This document shows, piece by piece, positions 9,916 through 19,128 of a stretch of 64,000 nt of DNA; position 1 is the stretch's first letter; each line of letters starts with the position of its first letter. This DNA is from Dehalococcoidia bacterium. GTDB lineage: Bacteria > Chloroflexota > Dehalococcoidia > Bin125. The notes beneath the pieces are model-generated. The model saw only the letters and a list, made by a program, of their open reading frames with translations. It did no database searches and had not been told where the DNA came from. The DNA lies in contig JAJEBU010000101.1 in the NCBI GenBank assembly GCA_022822375.1, positions 5,234 through 69,233 of the forward strand, read 5' to 3'. Position numbers and translations under genes: made by a program.

Positions 9916-10749
9916 ATGAGCACTCAACACCGAGCCGAGGTCAATGGACTCAGCCTGCACTACCTGGACCATGGCGGCGACGCGGCGGTCAGCGCCGTCG
10001 CACTGCACGGCTTCGCGCTCAACTGTCACTCGTTCGACGAGGTGGCGCCCGCGCTCTCGGATCGGCTGCGCTGGTACGCGCTCGACCAGCGTGGGCATGG
10101 CCATTCGGATCGTGCCGCCGAGCTCGCGGACTACTCGCGCGATCACATGGCCGACGATGTTCGTGGCTTCATCGAGTCTGCCGGTCTCGAGCGTCCGGTC
10201 GTGTTGGGTCACTCGATGGGCGGCATGAACGCGATGACCTTTGCGGCGGCGCACCCCGAGATGCTGCGCGCGCTGGTGTTGATCGACGTCGGGCCGGGCG
10301 TCAGCGTCGACGGCGTGCAGCAGGTGCGCCAGTTCGTTCAGGGTCCGTACGAGATGGACTCGCTCGAGGCCTGGGTGGACATGACGCACCAGTACTATCC
10401 CTTCCGCTCCAAGGAGAACATCCGCAAGCGCCTTGAGGTGTCCCTGCGCGAGACGGCGGAGGGCAAGATGGCCAAGATGTTTGACGAGCGCTTCCGCGAC
10501 GCTGACTTCCGAGGTGTCGGCGACGCGCGCAGCGGCATTTGGGAGACGGCGCGGGCGCTGACGGTCCCGACGCTGCTGCTGCACGGCGCGAAGAGTCCCG
10601 TGCTGCAGTTGGAGCAGGCGCAGGAGTTCGCCGCCCAGGTCGATGTGGTGCGCCTCATCACGATTCCTGAAGCGGGCCACTCGGTCGCCGGCGACCAACC
10701 GCAGGCGGTCGCGGCAGCGCTGCGCGAGTTTCTCGACGATGTCCTCTAG
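9916..10749 (+). CDS. Alpha/beta-fold hydrolase
   Basis: Nucleophile elbow 'GHSMGG' and 'HGF' motif. A GAGGAGGAG ribosome-binding site precedes the ATG at 9916. An upstream in-frame start at 9844 would overlap the divergent permease. Confidence 0.7.
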   Translation: MSTQHRAEVNGLSLHYLDHGGDAAVSAVALHGFALNCHSFDEVAPALSDRLRWYALDQRGHGHSDRAAELADYSRDHMADDVRGFIESAGLERPVVLGHSMGGMNAMTFAAAHPEMLRALVLIDVGPGVSVDGVQQVRQFVQGPYEMDSLEAWVDMTHQYYPFRSKENIRKRLEVSLRETAEGKMAKMFDERFRDADFRGVGDARSGIWETARALTVPTLLLHGAKSPVLQLEQAQEFAAQVDVVRLITIPEAGHSVAGDQPQAVAAALREFLDDVL

Positions 10750-11314
10750 CGGCGGGCGATCTGGATCGACGCAGCGGCAGCGGGGATCGCTGCTGTTTCC
10801 GATCATCGGCGGCGTGATTGGGTTCATCGCGGCGCTGTTTCTGCTGCGCGAACTCGACATCTTCGAGGGCGATCCGCCTCCGCCGCCACCATCGTTGAGC
10901 GATGCCTGCACCTACCCCGTCGGCAGCTACTACGACCAGCTCTGCAACCTCGTCGCGCGCGCGACCGAGGACATCCAGTCGACGCTCGACGCGGAAACTG
11001 CGGAGCGCTGCGTGGCCGAGGCGCTCGACTGTCGCGTGCACCGCGAGAACCTGCGTCTCGTCCTGTTGGAGTCAGAACGTCTGCGCGACGGCCTGTTTGT
11101 GCTCGACCCGCCAGAGCAAGCCGAAGATTGGCACGGACGATACCTGACGGCGGTCGCCCAGCTGCACAGCGGCTTCAACGCTCAGTTTTCCGCATTGCGG
11201 GAGAACGACCGCGATGCGTTTCTAGCAGCTCACGAGCGAACGCTGGACGCCTCGCAGGAGAGTGAAGCGCTGTTCGACGACTTCCAGATCGCTTTCACCG
11301 ATCTGCGTCAGTAG
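10739..11314 (+). CDS. Hypothetical membrane-anchored protein (N-terminal TM helix, poly-Pro linker)
   Basis: The ATG overlaps the hydrolase stop. 'LLFPIIGGVIGFIAALFLL' TM segment then 'PPPPPPS' linker, with no recognisable catalytic motifs. Confidence 0.4.
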   Translation: MSSSGGRSGSTQRQRGSLLFPIIGGVIGFIAALFLLRELDIFEGDPPPPPPSLSDACTYPVGSYYDQLCNLVARATEDIQSTLDAETAERCVAEALDCRVHRENLRLVLLESERLRDGLFVLDPPEQAEDWHGRYLTAVAQLHSGFNAQFSALRENDRDAFLAAHERTLDASQESEALFDDFQIAFTDLRQ

Positions 11315-11330
11315 GGCGCAGACGACCTGC

Positions 11331-11789
11331 TCAGTCCGACTCCAGGATCGTCTTGAGCTGGCCCAGCTCTTTGCGCAGCTGGCGACGGAACATCATCTTC
11401 GATAGCGGGCGGAGCAGGGTGAACATGACGGTGGTCAAGATGTGGTCGCTGCCGGCGGTCATGGCATTGGTCACGGTCGTCGTTGATCCTGAGCGCTGCA
11501 GCGTCAACAAGCCAGTCATCGCGAACGGCCCATCGGATGACTCGATGCCCAACCGTCGACCGTCGTGGAACTCTGTGATGCTGAACGTGATCGGCGACGA
11601 TCGGCCCTCGAACTCGTAGGTTCCGCGAATCACGGTCCCGCGGCCGATCGGACCGTCTCCGACGACTTCGGAGCCTGACATGCCGTCGACCCAGTGGTCC
11701 TGGTTGCGCACGTCCGAGACGTAGGCCCAGACGTCGGCGACGTCGCGATCAATGGTGATCTCGGCGGAGGTGCTGAGACTGACCATCAC
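11331..11789 (-). CDS. SRPBCC (START/Bet v1-like, polyketide cyclase/dehydrase-like) protein, paralog 2
   Basis: 152 aa. Shares 'V..V.NQDHWV.GMS.SEVVG.G.I' with the upstream paralog. 4-nt ATGA overlap with it. Confidence 0.55.
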   Translation of the reverse strand: MMVSLSTSAEITIDRDVADVWAYVSDVRNQDHWVDGMSGSEVVGDGPIGRGTVIRGTYEFEGRSSPITFSITEFHDGRRLGIESSDGPFAMTGLLTLQRSGSTTTVTNAMTAGSDHILTTVMFTLLRPLSKMMFRRQLRKELGQLKTILESD

Positions 11790-12244
11790 AGCGCGTCCTT
11801 CAGCGCCGCTCGGAGATGCGCGATCTCCTGCCGCAGCATCCGATTCGCCACCAGGCTACCGATCGGGCGCAGCGGACCCATCATCAGCTTCATCAGACGA
11901 GCGGTCGGAAAGAGCGTGACCTCGTAGCTCATTTGAGAGCTGGTTTCATCGCCAGCGCAATCGATCACTGTCACAAACGGCGTGTGGCCATCCGTGTTCT
12001 CCCACGACACTCTCGACCGTGGCGCAAACTCCTTGACGATCATCGTCACGCGCAGTGATTGTCCACGTTCCGTGGAGGTGCCCACGATCTCTGAGCCAAC
12101 CACAATCTCTCCGCCGCCGACCACCTCCGACTCGGACATGCCAAACACCCAATGGTCCTGGTTCGGCACGTAGGACACAAAGTCCCACAACCGTTGGAGC
12201 GAGCAGTCGAACTCGGCCTCAATCTGAAACGTGGCTCCGGCCAC
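11786..12244 (-). CDS. SRPBCC (START/Bet v1-like) protein, paralog 1
   Basis: 152 aa, same length and shared motifs as 11331..11789. Tandem duplication. Confidence 0.55.
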   Translation of the reverse strand: MAGATFQIEAEFDCSLQRLWDFVSYVPNQDHWVFGMSESEVVGGGEIVVGSEIVGTSTERGQSLRVTMIVKEFAPRSRVSWENTDGHTPFVTVIDCAGDETSSQMSYEVTLFPTARLMKLMMGPLRPIGSLVANRMLRQEIAHLRAALKDAL

Positions 12245-12253
12245 ATCGGCCTC

Positions 12254-13015
12254 CTAGCGGAACAGGTCCATCTCGGCCGGACGCACCAATGCTGAATGGT
12301 CGTGTTCCTCGACGGGAATGTTGAGTCCCCGCACGACGGCGACCGGCACTGCGTCGAGCTTGTTCATCACTGGCTCGGCGGCTGAGGCGAGCTCATCGAC
12401 GATCGCCATCTCGGTCACGCGCAGGTCGTAGCCTTCGGCGTCCACCTCGCCCACGTAGGAGCGAATCGGGTTCATCCCGCTCACGCCGATCGCCACATTC
12501 ATCAGACCGTTGCGCCAGGGACGCCCGAAGGTGTCGCTCACGATCACCGGCACATCGACTTGGCCGCGCGCCACCAGACCTTCGCGAATCCGCCGCGCCG
12601 ACGCAGATGAGTCGACCGGCAACAACGTGACCGCGTCGCCGCCGCCCACGTTGGACTGATCGACGCCCGCGTTGGCGCAGACCCAGCCCTCGCGGGTCTC
12701 CGAGAGGATCAGCCCGCGCGTCATCCGCACGATCCGTTTCGACTCTTGCAGCACCAGCTCGACCGCGCGCGGATCCCGCTCCCACTCATCTGCCCACACC
12801 GTCGCAAACTGGCCAGCGGTCACATCGTCGAGCGTGATCACCCGACCTTCCGCCTTGGAGATGATCTTCTGCGTGACGACCAGTACGTCGCCTGGCTCGA
12901 GCGGCGTCTCTTGCGCGCGCAGCGCGACATCGATCAGCTCCGCCAGGTCATCGCCATCCGCCACCTCGGGGATGCCGCCGACGGCGAAGACTCGGTACTC
13001 GGAGGGAGCGGCCAT
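12254..13015 (-). CDS. cofE: Coenzyme F420-0:L-glutamate ligase
   Basis: 'VLVVTQKIISKAEGR', 'GWVCANAGVDQSN' and 'PVIVSDTFGRPWRNG' are CofE/FbiB N-domain hallmarks. 253 aa. Confidence 0.85.
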   Translation of the reverse strand: MAAPSEYRVFAVGGIPEVADGDDLAELIDVALRAQETPLEPGDVLVVTQKIISKAEGRVITLDDVTAGQFATVWADEWERDPRAVELVLQESKRIVRMTRGLILSETREGWVCANAGVDQSNVGGGDAVTLLPVDSSASARRIREGLVARGQVDVPVIVSDTFGRPWRNGLMNVAIGVSGMNPIRSYVGEVDAEGYDLRVTEMAIVDELASAAEPVMNKLDAVPVAVVRGLNIPVEEHDHSALVRPAEMDLFR

Positions 13016-13680
13016 CAGTCGACTCCCACCATTCGAACGGCGGCCTGCGTCTTGTAGCGCATGTTCATGCCGATGATCAGGGCGGTCAGGTCTTCGACGA
13101 ACTTGGACATCGAGAGCGGTCCGGCGTCGATCGGCCGTAGGTCGGGCATCTTGCCGACGAGATCGACCACGGCGTGCTTGGCCTCGTCGTCATCGGCGGT
13201 GATCAGCACATCGCCTTCCATCGGATCGGAGAGCTTCTGCAGCTTGCGCGCTGAGAGATTGTGGAACGCGCCGACGACCTTGGCGTCGGGCAGCAGCGCC
13301 TGTGCCTGCTCGGTTGCCGATCCTTCGGGCACGTCGGCGATGCCGGGCACGCGGTGTTCCATGGTCAGCGGCACAGCCGCGTCGATGACCAGCTTGGAGC
13401 CGATCGCGTCGCGCAGATCGTTGAGTGTCGCTTCGTGGCCCTCGAACGGGACGACGATGATGACGACGTCGGATTGCTCGACGACGTCGCGGTTGACGCC
13501 GCCGCCGGCGTCGGCGCTGGCGCCGGCTTGTTCGACGGCATCGCGGACGGTTTGGGCGGCTTCTTCAGCGCGCTCGATCCGCCGCGATCCGATCAGGATT
13601 CGTTCGCCCGCGAATGCGAGCCGCATGGCCAACCCAAGTCCTTCTGGTCCGGTTCCGCCGATGAAGCCAATCGTCGCCAT
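13015..13680 (-). CDS. fno: NADPH-dependent F420 reductase (F420H2:NADP+ oxidoreductase)
   Basis: 'MATIGFIGGTGPEGLGLAMRLA' Rossmann N-terminus typical of Fno/NpdG. 221 aa. Its stop overlaps the cofE start (TGATG). A longer upstream start is less likely. Confidence 0.75.
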   Translation of the reverse strand: MATIGFIGGTGPEGLGLAMRLAFAGERILIGSRRIERAEEAAQTVRDAVEQAGASADAGGGVNRDVVEQSDVVIIVVPFEGHEATLNDLRDAIGSKLVIDAAVPLTMEHRVPGIADVPEGSATEQAQALLPDAKVVGAFHNLSARKLQKLSDPMEGDVLITADDDEAKHAVVDLVGKMPDLRPIDAGPLSMSKFVEDLTALIIGMNMRYKTQAAVRMVGVD

Positions 13681-13769
13681 GCCCACTCCCATTCTGCGCG
13701 TACACTGAATCGTGCGAGACCCGCACATCATCAGGCTAGCGCCACCGAGCGAAATTTCCGATCCGCGAC

Positions 13770-14636
13770 ATGACGAGCTTGGCCGCCAGCACACCGCCCG
13801 TGATCAGGCATCCGATTGAGCCTGAGGCGGCGCCGGCCGTCCAGCTCGAGGGCGCGGGCCTGACCTATGAGTCGAAGGACGGCATTCTGGAAGCGGTCGC
13901 GCCGACCACGTTGAAGATTCGGGCTGGCGAGTTTGTGGCGCTGGTCGGACCGTCCGGCTGCGGCAAGACGACCTTGATGCGGATGATCGCAGGGCTGATC
14001 GCGCCATCGATCGGCACGGCGCAGGTGTTTGGCGACTCGCCGCGCGTCGCACAGCAGCGCAAGCGTCTGGGGCTCGTCTTTCAGGAGCCGGCGTTGCTGG
14101 CCTGGCGCAGCGTCGAGGACAACATCCGTCTGGGCCTGGAGCTGAACCCGCGCGAGACCGATACGGGCATGAATATCGAGGAGCTGATCGAGGTCGTGGG
14201 CCTCACGGGCTTCGGGCGCTATCGGCCGGCGGAGCTGTCGGGCGGGATGCAGCAGCGGGTGGCGCTCGCGCGGGCGCTGGCGATCGATCCGCCGTTGCTG
14301 TTGCTGGACGAGCCGTTTGCGGCATTGGACGAGATCACGCGGGAGCAGATGCGTTACGAGCTGCTTCGCCTGTGGGGGGTCTCGCATAACGCGCAGGAAC
14401 CGCCGCGCTCGGCGATCTTCGTCACGCACTCGGTTGCAGAGGCGGTGGCCATCTCCGATCGAGTGCTGGTCATGTCGCCGCGTCCTGGTCGGATCATCGC
14501 CGATGTGCCGATCACGACGCCGCAGCCGCGCCGTCCCGAGCACGAACATTCAGACCGCTTTATCAACAATTGCGCGATTGTGCGCGCGGCGCTGCGGGCG
14601 CCGACCACACCGGCCGTTCCCCTGGACGCGGCCTGA
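13770..14636 (+). CDS. ABC transporter ATP-binding protein (NitT/TauT nitrate/sulfonate/bicarbonate family)
   Basis: Walker A 'GPSGCGKTT', signature 'LSGGMQQRVALARAL', Walker B 'LLLDEPFAALD'. Confidence 0.85.
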   Translation: MTSLAASTPPVIRHPIEPEAAPAVQLEGAGLTYESKDGILEAVAPTTLKIRAGEFVALVGPSGCGKTTLMRMIAGLIAPSIGTAQVFGDSPRVAQQRKRLGLVFQEPALLAWRSVEDNIRLGLELNPRETDTGMNIEELIEVVGLTGFGRYRPAELSGGMQQRVALARALAIDPPLLLLDEPFAALDEITREQMRYELLRLWGVSHNAQEPPRSAIFVTHSVAEAVAISDRVLVMSPRPGRIIADVPITTPQPRRPEHEHSDRFINNCAIVRAALRAPTTPAVPLDAA

Positions 14637-14650
14637 TGTCGAGCTGAGGC

Positions 14651-15523
14651 ATGTTCTCGAACCCTGTCCGCCGGTTGGACTCTGTGGATGCGCCGTTCTC
14701 GCGGACCGGGGAGCGTCAGCGCGAACGGCTGGCGCCGCTGCCGCTGCCGAGTTGGCGTCCGCTGGCTGGCTGGGTGGCGCCGCCGCTCGTGGCGCTGATC
14801 ATCCTCGCCGTCGCGGTCGAGATCTGGGTCCGCGCCGGCGGCGTATCGGTCTGGGTGATGCCGAGACCGTCGTCGGTGCTGGATGTCTTTGTCAGCGACT
14901 TTGGGCTGTACTTCTCGGAGGGTCTGTTGACGATGGCAGTCTCGCTCGCGGGGCTAGCCGTGGGGACCGCCGCGGCGACACTGCTCGCGGCCGGCGTCGC
15001 GCACTCGCAGCTGTTGGAGCGCGCGGTGCTGCCGATTGCGATCATGATCAAGGTCACACCGGTCGTGGCGCTGATTCCGCTGTTCATCATCTGGCTGGGA
15101 CACAGCATCGAGCCGAAGATCGCGATTGCGGCGCTGATCACCTACTTCCCGGTGCTGATCAACGCCATCGCCGGCTTCCGCGACGTGGACGCACGAATGC
15201 ACGACTTCTTCCGATCGGTCAATGCGTCGACGTGGGAGATCTTTCGCCATCTGCGTCTGCCCGCGGCGGTGCCGTACCTGTTTGCCTCGCTGAAGATCTC
15301 GGTCACGCTGTCGCTGATTGGCGCGGTGGTGGCCGAGTTCTTTCTCTCGGGACAGGGCGGTCTGGGCGCGTTGATCTGGATCGAGCAGAACAATCTGCGG
15401 CTCGACCGCGTGTTTGCGGCGGTGCTGATGCTGACGTTGATCGGGGTCACGCTGTCGACCGCGGTGGTAGCGGCCGAGCGGGTGTTTTCGTGGCGTCTCG
15501 ACCAACCGAGCGCCGGCGCATAA
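14651..15523 (+). CDS. ABC transporter permease (NitT/TauT family)
   Basis: Multi-TM protein with a binding-protein-dependent transport inner-membrane-like profile. Follows the ATPase. Confidence 0.8.
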   Translation: MFSNPVRRLDSVDAPFSRTGERQRERLAPLPLPSWRPLAGWVAPPLVALIILAVAVEIWVRAGGVSVWVMPRPSSVLDVFVSDFGLYFSEGLLTMAVSLAGLAVGTAAATLLAAGVAHSQLLERAVLPIAIMIKVTPVVALIPLFIIWLGHSIEPKIAIAALITYFPVLINAIAGFRDVDARMHDFFRSVNASTWEIFRHLRLPAAVPYLFASLKISVTLSLIGAVVAEFFLSGQGGLGALIWIEQNNLRLDRVFAAVLMLTLIGVTLSTAVVAAERVFSWRLDQPSAGA

Positions 15524-15549
15524 GTTAGAGAGCAGACACAGGAGCAACC

Positions 15550-15846
15550 ATGACCACGCCCGCCTCTGATTCCGGCTCCGACGCTTCCGATCAGCAGCGC
15601 GGCAGCGAACACGATCACCGCCTGCCGCAGCAGCAGCCTCCGCCCGAAATCGATTCAGTCGTGATCAAGTTCTCCAACGATGGACTGGTGCTCGAGCTCG
15701 AGGGCGATGACGTGGACCTGGGCACTGACCTGAAGGTGCGCTGCGAGCATCGCCTGATCGCGGAGTTTCGGCGCGATGCGGTCGACGGCTGGTGGTACAA
15801 ATCGGCGGTGCTGTCTGAGCCGCGTCCGCTCGACTCGGACGCGTAG
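15550..15846 (+). CDS. Hypothetical small acidic protein
   Basis: 98-aa ORF in the 477-nt gap between the permease and the substrate-binding protein. An AGGAGCAACC ribosome-binding site precedes the ATG. No recognisable domain. Confidence 0.35.
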   Translation: MTTPASDSGSDASDQQRGSEHDHRLPQQQPPPEIDSVVIKFSNDGLVLELEGDDVDLGTDLKVRCEHRLIAEFRRDAVDGWWYKSAVLSEPRPLDSDA

Positions 15847-16000
15847 CACTGCAACCGTTGGCGCCAGTTGCCCGTTTGTGGCGGCGTGCATACGCTAGTG
15901 GCGGTCGCTATCGCCTCGGCAACCCCGTGGAAGCGGCTCCGGCTTGCCGGCCCGGCCATAGAGTGTTCCGGCCCCGTCCAGCCCAAGGAGCCAGATTCCC

Positions 16001-17038
16001 ATGTTCGCTGTGTCCCGATTGACCCGTCCGCTCGTCCTGTTTGCGATCTTGATTGCGGCGACCGCCGCGCTGTTGGCCGCAGCCTGCGGCGGCGATGACG
16101 CCGACGACGTCCTGACGATGCGCTACAGCGCGGGATTCGTCCCGCAGGCCAACCTGCCCTTCGTCGCGGTGTACGTCGCAGAAGATCGCGGCTTCTTCGC
16201 CGACGAGGGCCTGGAGGTCGACATTCAGCACGCCGGCTTCACCGGCAGCCACAAGAGCCTGATTCTGGCCGGCGAGATTGACATCACCACGCTGCCAGCC
16301 TCCGAAATGCTGCAGACGCGGGCCAACTCAGGTGCGCCGTACGTAGCCGTCATGCTCTTTGGCCAGCGCGGAGACTTCGGCTACGCCGTGCTCGACGAGT
16401 CGGGCATTTCGTCGCCTGCCGACTTTGCCGGGCGCAACGTGGGCTTCAAGGGCATTGTGCAGTCTGAGTTCCACGCGATGCTCGCCGCGCACAACCTGAC
16501 CACCGACGACATGAACATGATCGACGTCGGCTTCAATCCCGTCGTCCTCGTCGAGCAGCAGGTCGATGTCTACCCCGTCTTCCTCTCCAACGAGCCGGAC
16601 ACGTTGTCGCGCAACCTGAACCAGGACATCACCGTGTTCGAGGCGGCCGATTACGGCGTGCCAACGCTGGGCGTGGTGTATCTGGTCACTGAGGAGTTCC
16701 TGGAGGACGAGACGAACCGCGAGAAGCTGGAGCGTTTCCTGCGAGCCACCGCGCGGGCGTTTGAGTTTGCGATGGACGATCCTGCCGCGGCGATTGAGTC
16801 GACCGTGAAGTTCCTGCCGGAAGATCCGGCCCCGGACCTGGTGCATGAGCGCTTCATCCTCGATACGGAGCTGAGCAACGCGGTCAGCGACCTGACGCGG
16901 GCGAACGGTGTCGGCTGGTTCACGATGCAGCAGTTCCGCGCGTTGACGGATGTGTTGCTGGAGTACGGCGCGCTCGAACAGGACATCGACCTCGAGGCGG
17001 CGCTGGATCGCTCAGCGCTCGAGGCGGCTCATCGCTAA
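16001..17038 (+). CDS. ABC transporter substrate-binding lipoprotein (NMT1/THI5-like, NitT/TauT family)
   Basis: Signal peptide plus lipobox 'LLAAACGG'. An AAGGAGCC ribosome-binding site. Periplasmic-binding-protein-like fold partnering the upstream ATPase/permease. Confidence 0.8.
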   Translation: MFAVSRLTRPLVLFAILIAATAALLAAACGGDDADDVLTMRYSAGFVPQANLPFVAVYVAEDRGFFADEGLEVDIQHAGFTGSHKSLILAGEIDITTLPASEMLQTRANSGAPYVAVMLFGQRGDFGYAVLDESGISSPADFAGRNVGFKGIVQSEFHAMLAAHNLTTDDMNMIDVGFNPVVLVEQQVDVYPVFLSNEPDTLSRNLNQDITVFEAADYGVPTLGVVYLVTEEFLEDETNREKLERFLRATARAFEFAMDDPAAAIESTVKFLPEDPAPDLVHERFILDTELSNAVSDLTRANGVGWFTMQQFRALTDVLLEYGALEQDIDLEAALDRSALEAAHR

Positions 17039-17096
17039 CTGGGCGTCATGGTGCGTCAATGACCAGCGGGGCCGAGGCGGTCCCGCTGGAGACCAG

Positions 17097-17597
17097 CTAC
17101 CGATTGCGGACGAACTTTTCCTGCCCTGGGGTGGGCTTGTCGCCCGGGTAGTGGAGCTTCTTGAGCATGTCTCGGTGCGGGAAAATGTGGACGGCGTCCC
17201 AGCCGCAGCTCTGCTCGCAGAGTCGGCAGCCGGTGCAGTTCTTTTCGATCACGACCGCCTGGCCGAAGAAGTCGCTGGCGGAGTCGGTGTAGTCGAGCTC
17301 CAGCGCCTCGAAGGGGCAGACGTTGATGCAGAGCTCGCAGCCGGAGCCGATGCACTTGTCGGGGTCGACCTCTGCCTTGGGCCATTCCTTCTTCGCGAAC
17401 TTGCGGCAGATGTCGCCGTCGTCGTCGAGAATGCACTCGACCGGGCACACCGCGCCACAGGCGCCACAGTCGATGCAGAGCGCCGGATCGATGTAGTGGA
17501 TGGTGTTGCGCTCGCCCCAGATGGCGTTGGTCGGGCAGCGGTTGGTGCAGGCGGTGCAGCCGATACAGGTTTCAACGATCTCGTAGGCCACGGTCAA
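17097..17597 (-). CDS. Polyferredoxin-like 4Fe-4S cluster protein
   Basis: Four CxxCxxCxxxCP-type motifs ('CIGCTACTNRCP','CIDCGACGAVCP','CIGSGCELCINVCP','CTGCRLCEQSCG'). 166 aa. Confidence 0.8.
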   Translation of the reverse strand: MTVAYEIVETCIGCTACTNRCPTNAIWGERNTIHYIDPALCIDCGACGAVCPVECILDDDGDICRKFAKKEWPKAEVDPDKCIGSGCELCINVCPFEALELDYTDSASDFFGQAVVIEKNCTGCRLCEQSCGWDAVHIFPHRDMLKKLHYPGDKPTPGQEKFVRNR

Positions 17598-17728
17598 CTC
17601 CTCTGCGCTGATCGCAGTCGCCTACCAGTATATGCACGCCTCCAATCGCCGTTCAATCGGTATCGAGGGCCGCAGGTTCGCCAGAGCCTCGTATAGTGGC
17701 TTCAAGACGGCAGGGTGCAGGACGAATC

Positions 17729-19075
17729 ATGTTGCCATTCATCCATCGCGGTTCGCGAGCGGCGCTCAAGCTCGGCGCGGGGGTTCTGCTGTCGGCCGCG
17801 CTGCTCGGCGCGGCCTGCTCGGACGACGGCGCGGAGCAGGCCGAAACGAGCGAGCAGGCTCAGGACGCGGCCCAGCAAGCGCAAACTCAGGCGATCGATG
17901 CGTCGCAAGAGGCGCAACAGTCGGCCGCTGAGTCGCAGACTTCGCAAGAGGGCGACACGGAGGAGCCCGCTGCGCCGCAAGAGGCCGCCGAGCAGCAAGA
18001 AGCGCCGGCTGAAGCGCAGGACGAGCCCGCTGACGATCCTGCTGACGATCCCGACCGTGACACGCTGATCGAGGGCGAGCGGTTCGCCTCCTCGATCAGC
18101 TCTGGGCAATCTGAGCAGCAGTTCCGCTTCGAGGCCACGGCTGGTTCCTGGCTGCGGATCGAGGTCGACGGCAAAGGCGGCATGGACCCCATCACCACCC
18201 TCTTGGGACCAGACGGCGTCGAGATCGCTGTCAACGATGATCAGTCCAACACCAATCGCGATTCGCTCATCATCGCCCAAGTCGCCGCCGACGGTCTCCA
18301 GTACATCCGCGTACAGCCATATGCCGAGGCGAACATCGGCGACTTTGTCATCCAGGTGCAGGTCTGGAACGTCGGACCGGACAACGACGACGCAGTGATC
18401 AGAGTGGGCGACAGCGTCGACGGCCGCCTCAATCTGCCTGATGATGTCGATGTCTTCGACTTCGAGGTCGAGGCGGGAGAGCAGGTCTTTGTGCTGATCG
18501 ACGGCGACACCGGCGTCGACGTGTACGGGCAGGTCTTCCAGCCAGACGGCAATCTGCTCCAGATCGACGACGACGGTGGGCATGGGCTCGACTCGGAGAT
18601 CTACTTCACCGCCGGCAGCACGGGCACGTGGCGCGTCGAGGTGTGGCCGGCAGCGAACAAGGACGGTGTGCGTCAGCTGATCGGTTCATACCGCCTCTAC
18701 GTGCGTGCTGGTCTGCCGACCAGCGCAGTCACCGAGGCAGTGGCCAGCGATCTCGCCGGCGCGGCCTTGACCTTCCTGCAGGCGTTGCGCGACGAGGACA
18801 CCGCGACGGTGCTGGCGTTGGCTGGTCCGGAGGCGCTGACCACCTGGGGCTGGGACGACACCAGCGACATCGACCGCGACCTGGCCAAGCTGACCACGAT
18901 CGATCTGGGCGGTGAGATTCTGCAGTCGGTCGCGTTCGGCGATGTGATCAACTCTGCCCGCGGGCGGGTCTACTTCCAGTTCGACGAGACAGACTGGATG
19001 CGCTTTGAGCTGATCCAACTGGCCGGCCACTGGCTGGTCGACGACTGGGCTCACAGCGTCGGCCCGCCCAGCTGA
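17729..19075 (+). CDS. Lipoprotein with acidic low-complexity linker and two PPC-like (pre-peptidase C-terminal-like) repeats
   Basis: Signal/lipobox 'LLGAACSDDG', then an E/Q/A/D-rich linker, then repeated 'GDSVDGRL...DVDVFDFEV' modules. Start placed at the M preceding the signal peptide. An upstream in-frame M at 17696 is possible. Confidence 0.55.
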   Translation: MLPFIHRGSRAALKLGAGVLLSAALLGAACSDDGAEQAETSEQAQDAAQQAQTQAIDASQEAQQSAAESQTSQEGDTEEPAAPQEAAEQQEAPAEAQDEPADDPADDPDRDTLIEGERFASSISSGQSEQQFRFEATAGSWLRIEVDGKGGMDPITTLLGPDGVEIAVNDDQSNTNRDSLIIAQVAADGLQYIRVQPYAEANIGDFVIQVQVWNVGPDNDDAVIRVGDSVDGRLNLPDDVDVFDFEVEAGEQVFVLIDGDTGVDVYGQVFQPDGNLLQIDDDGGHGLDSEIYFTAGSTGTWRVEVWPAANKDGVRQLIGSYRLYVRAGLPTSAVTEAVASDLAGAALTFLQALRDEDTATVLALAGPEALTTWGWDDTSDIDRDLAKLTTIDLGGEILQSVAFGDVINSARGRVYFQFDETDWMRFELIQLAGHWLVDDWAHSVGPPS

Positions 19076-19128
19076 TATCGTCAGTCAGCACAGGACACCG
19101 GGCGTAGTGTGAACTCGGGGAGCGACGC

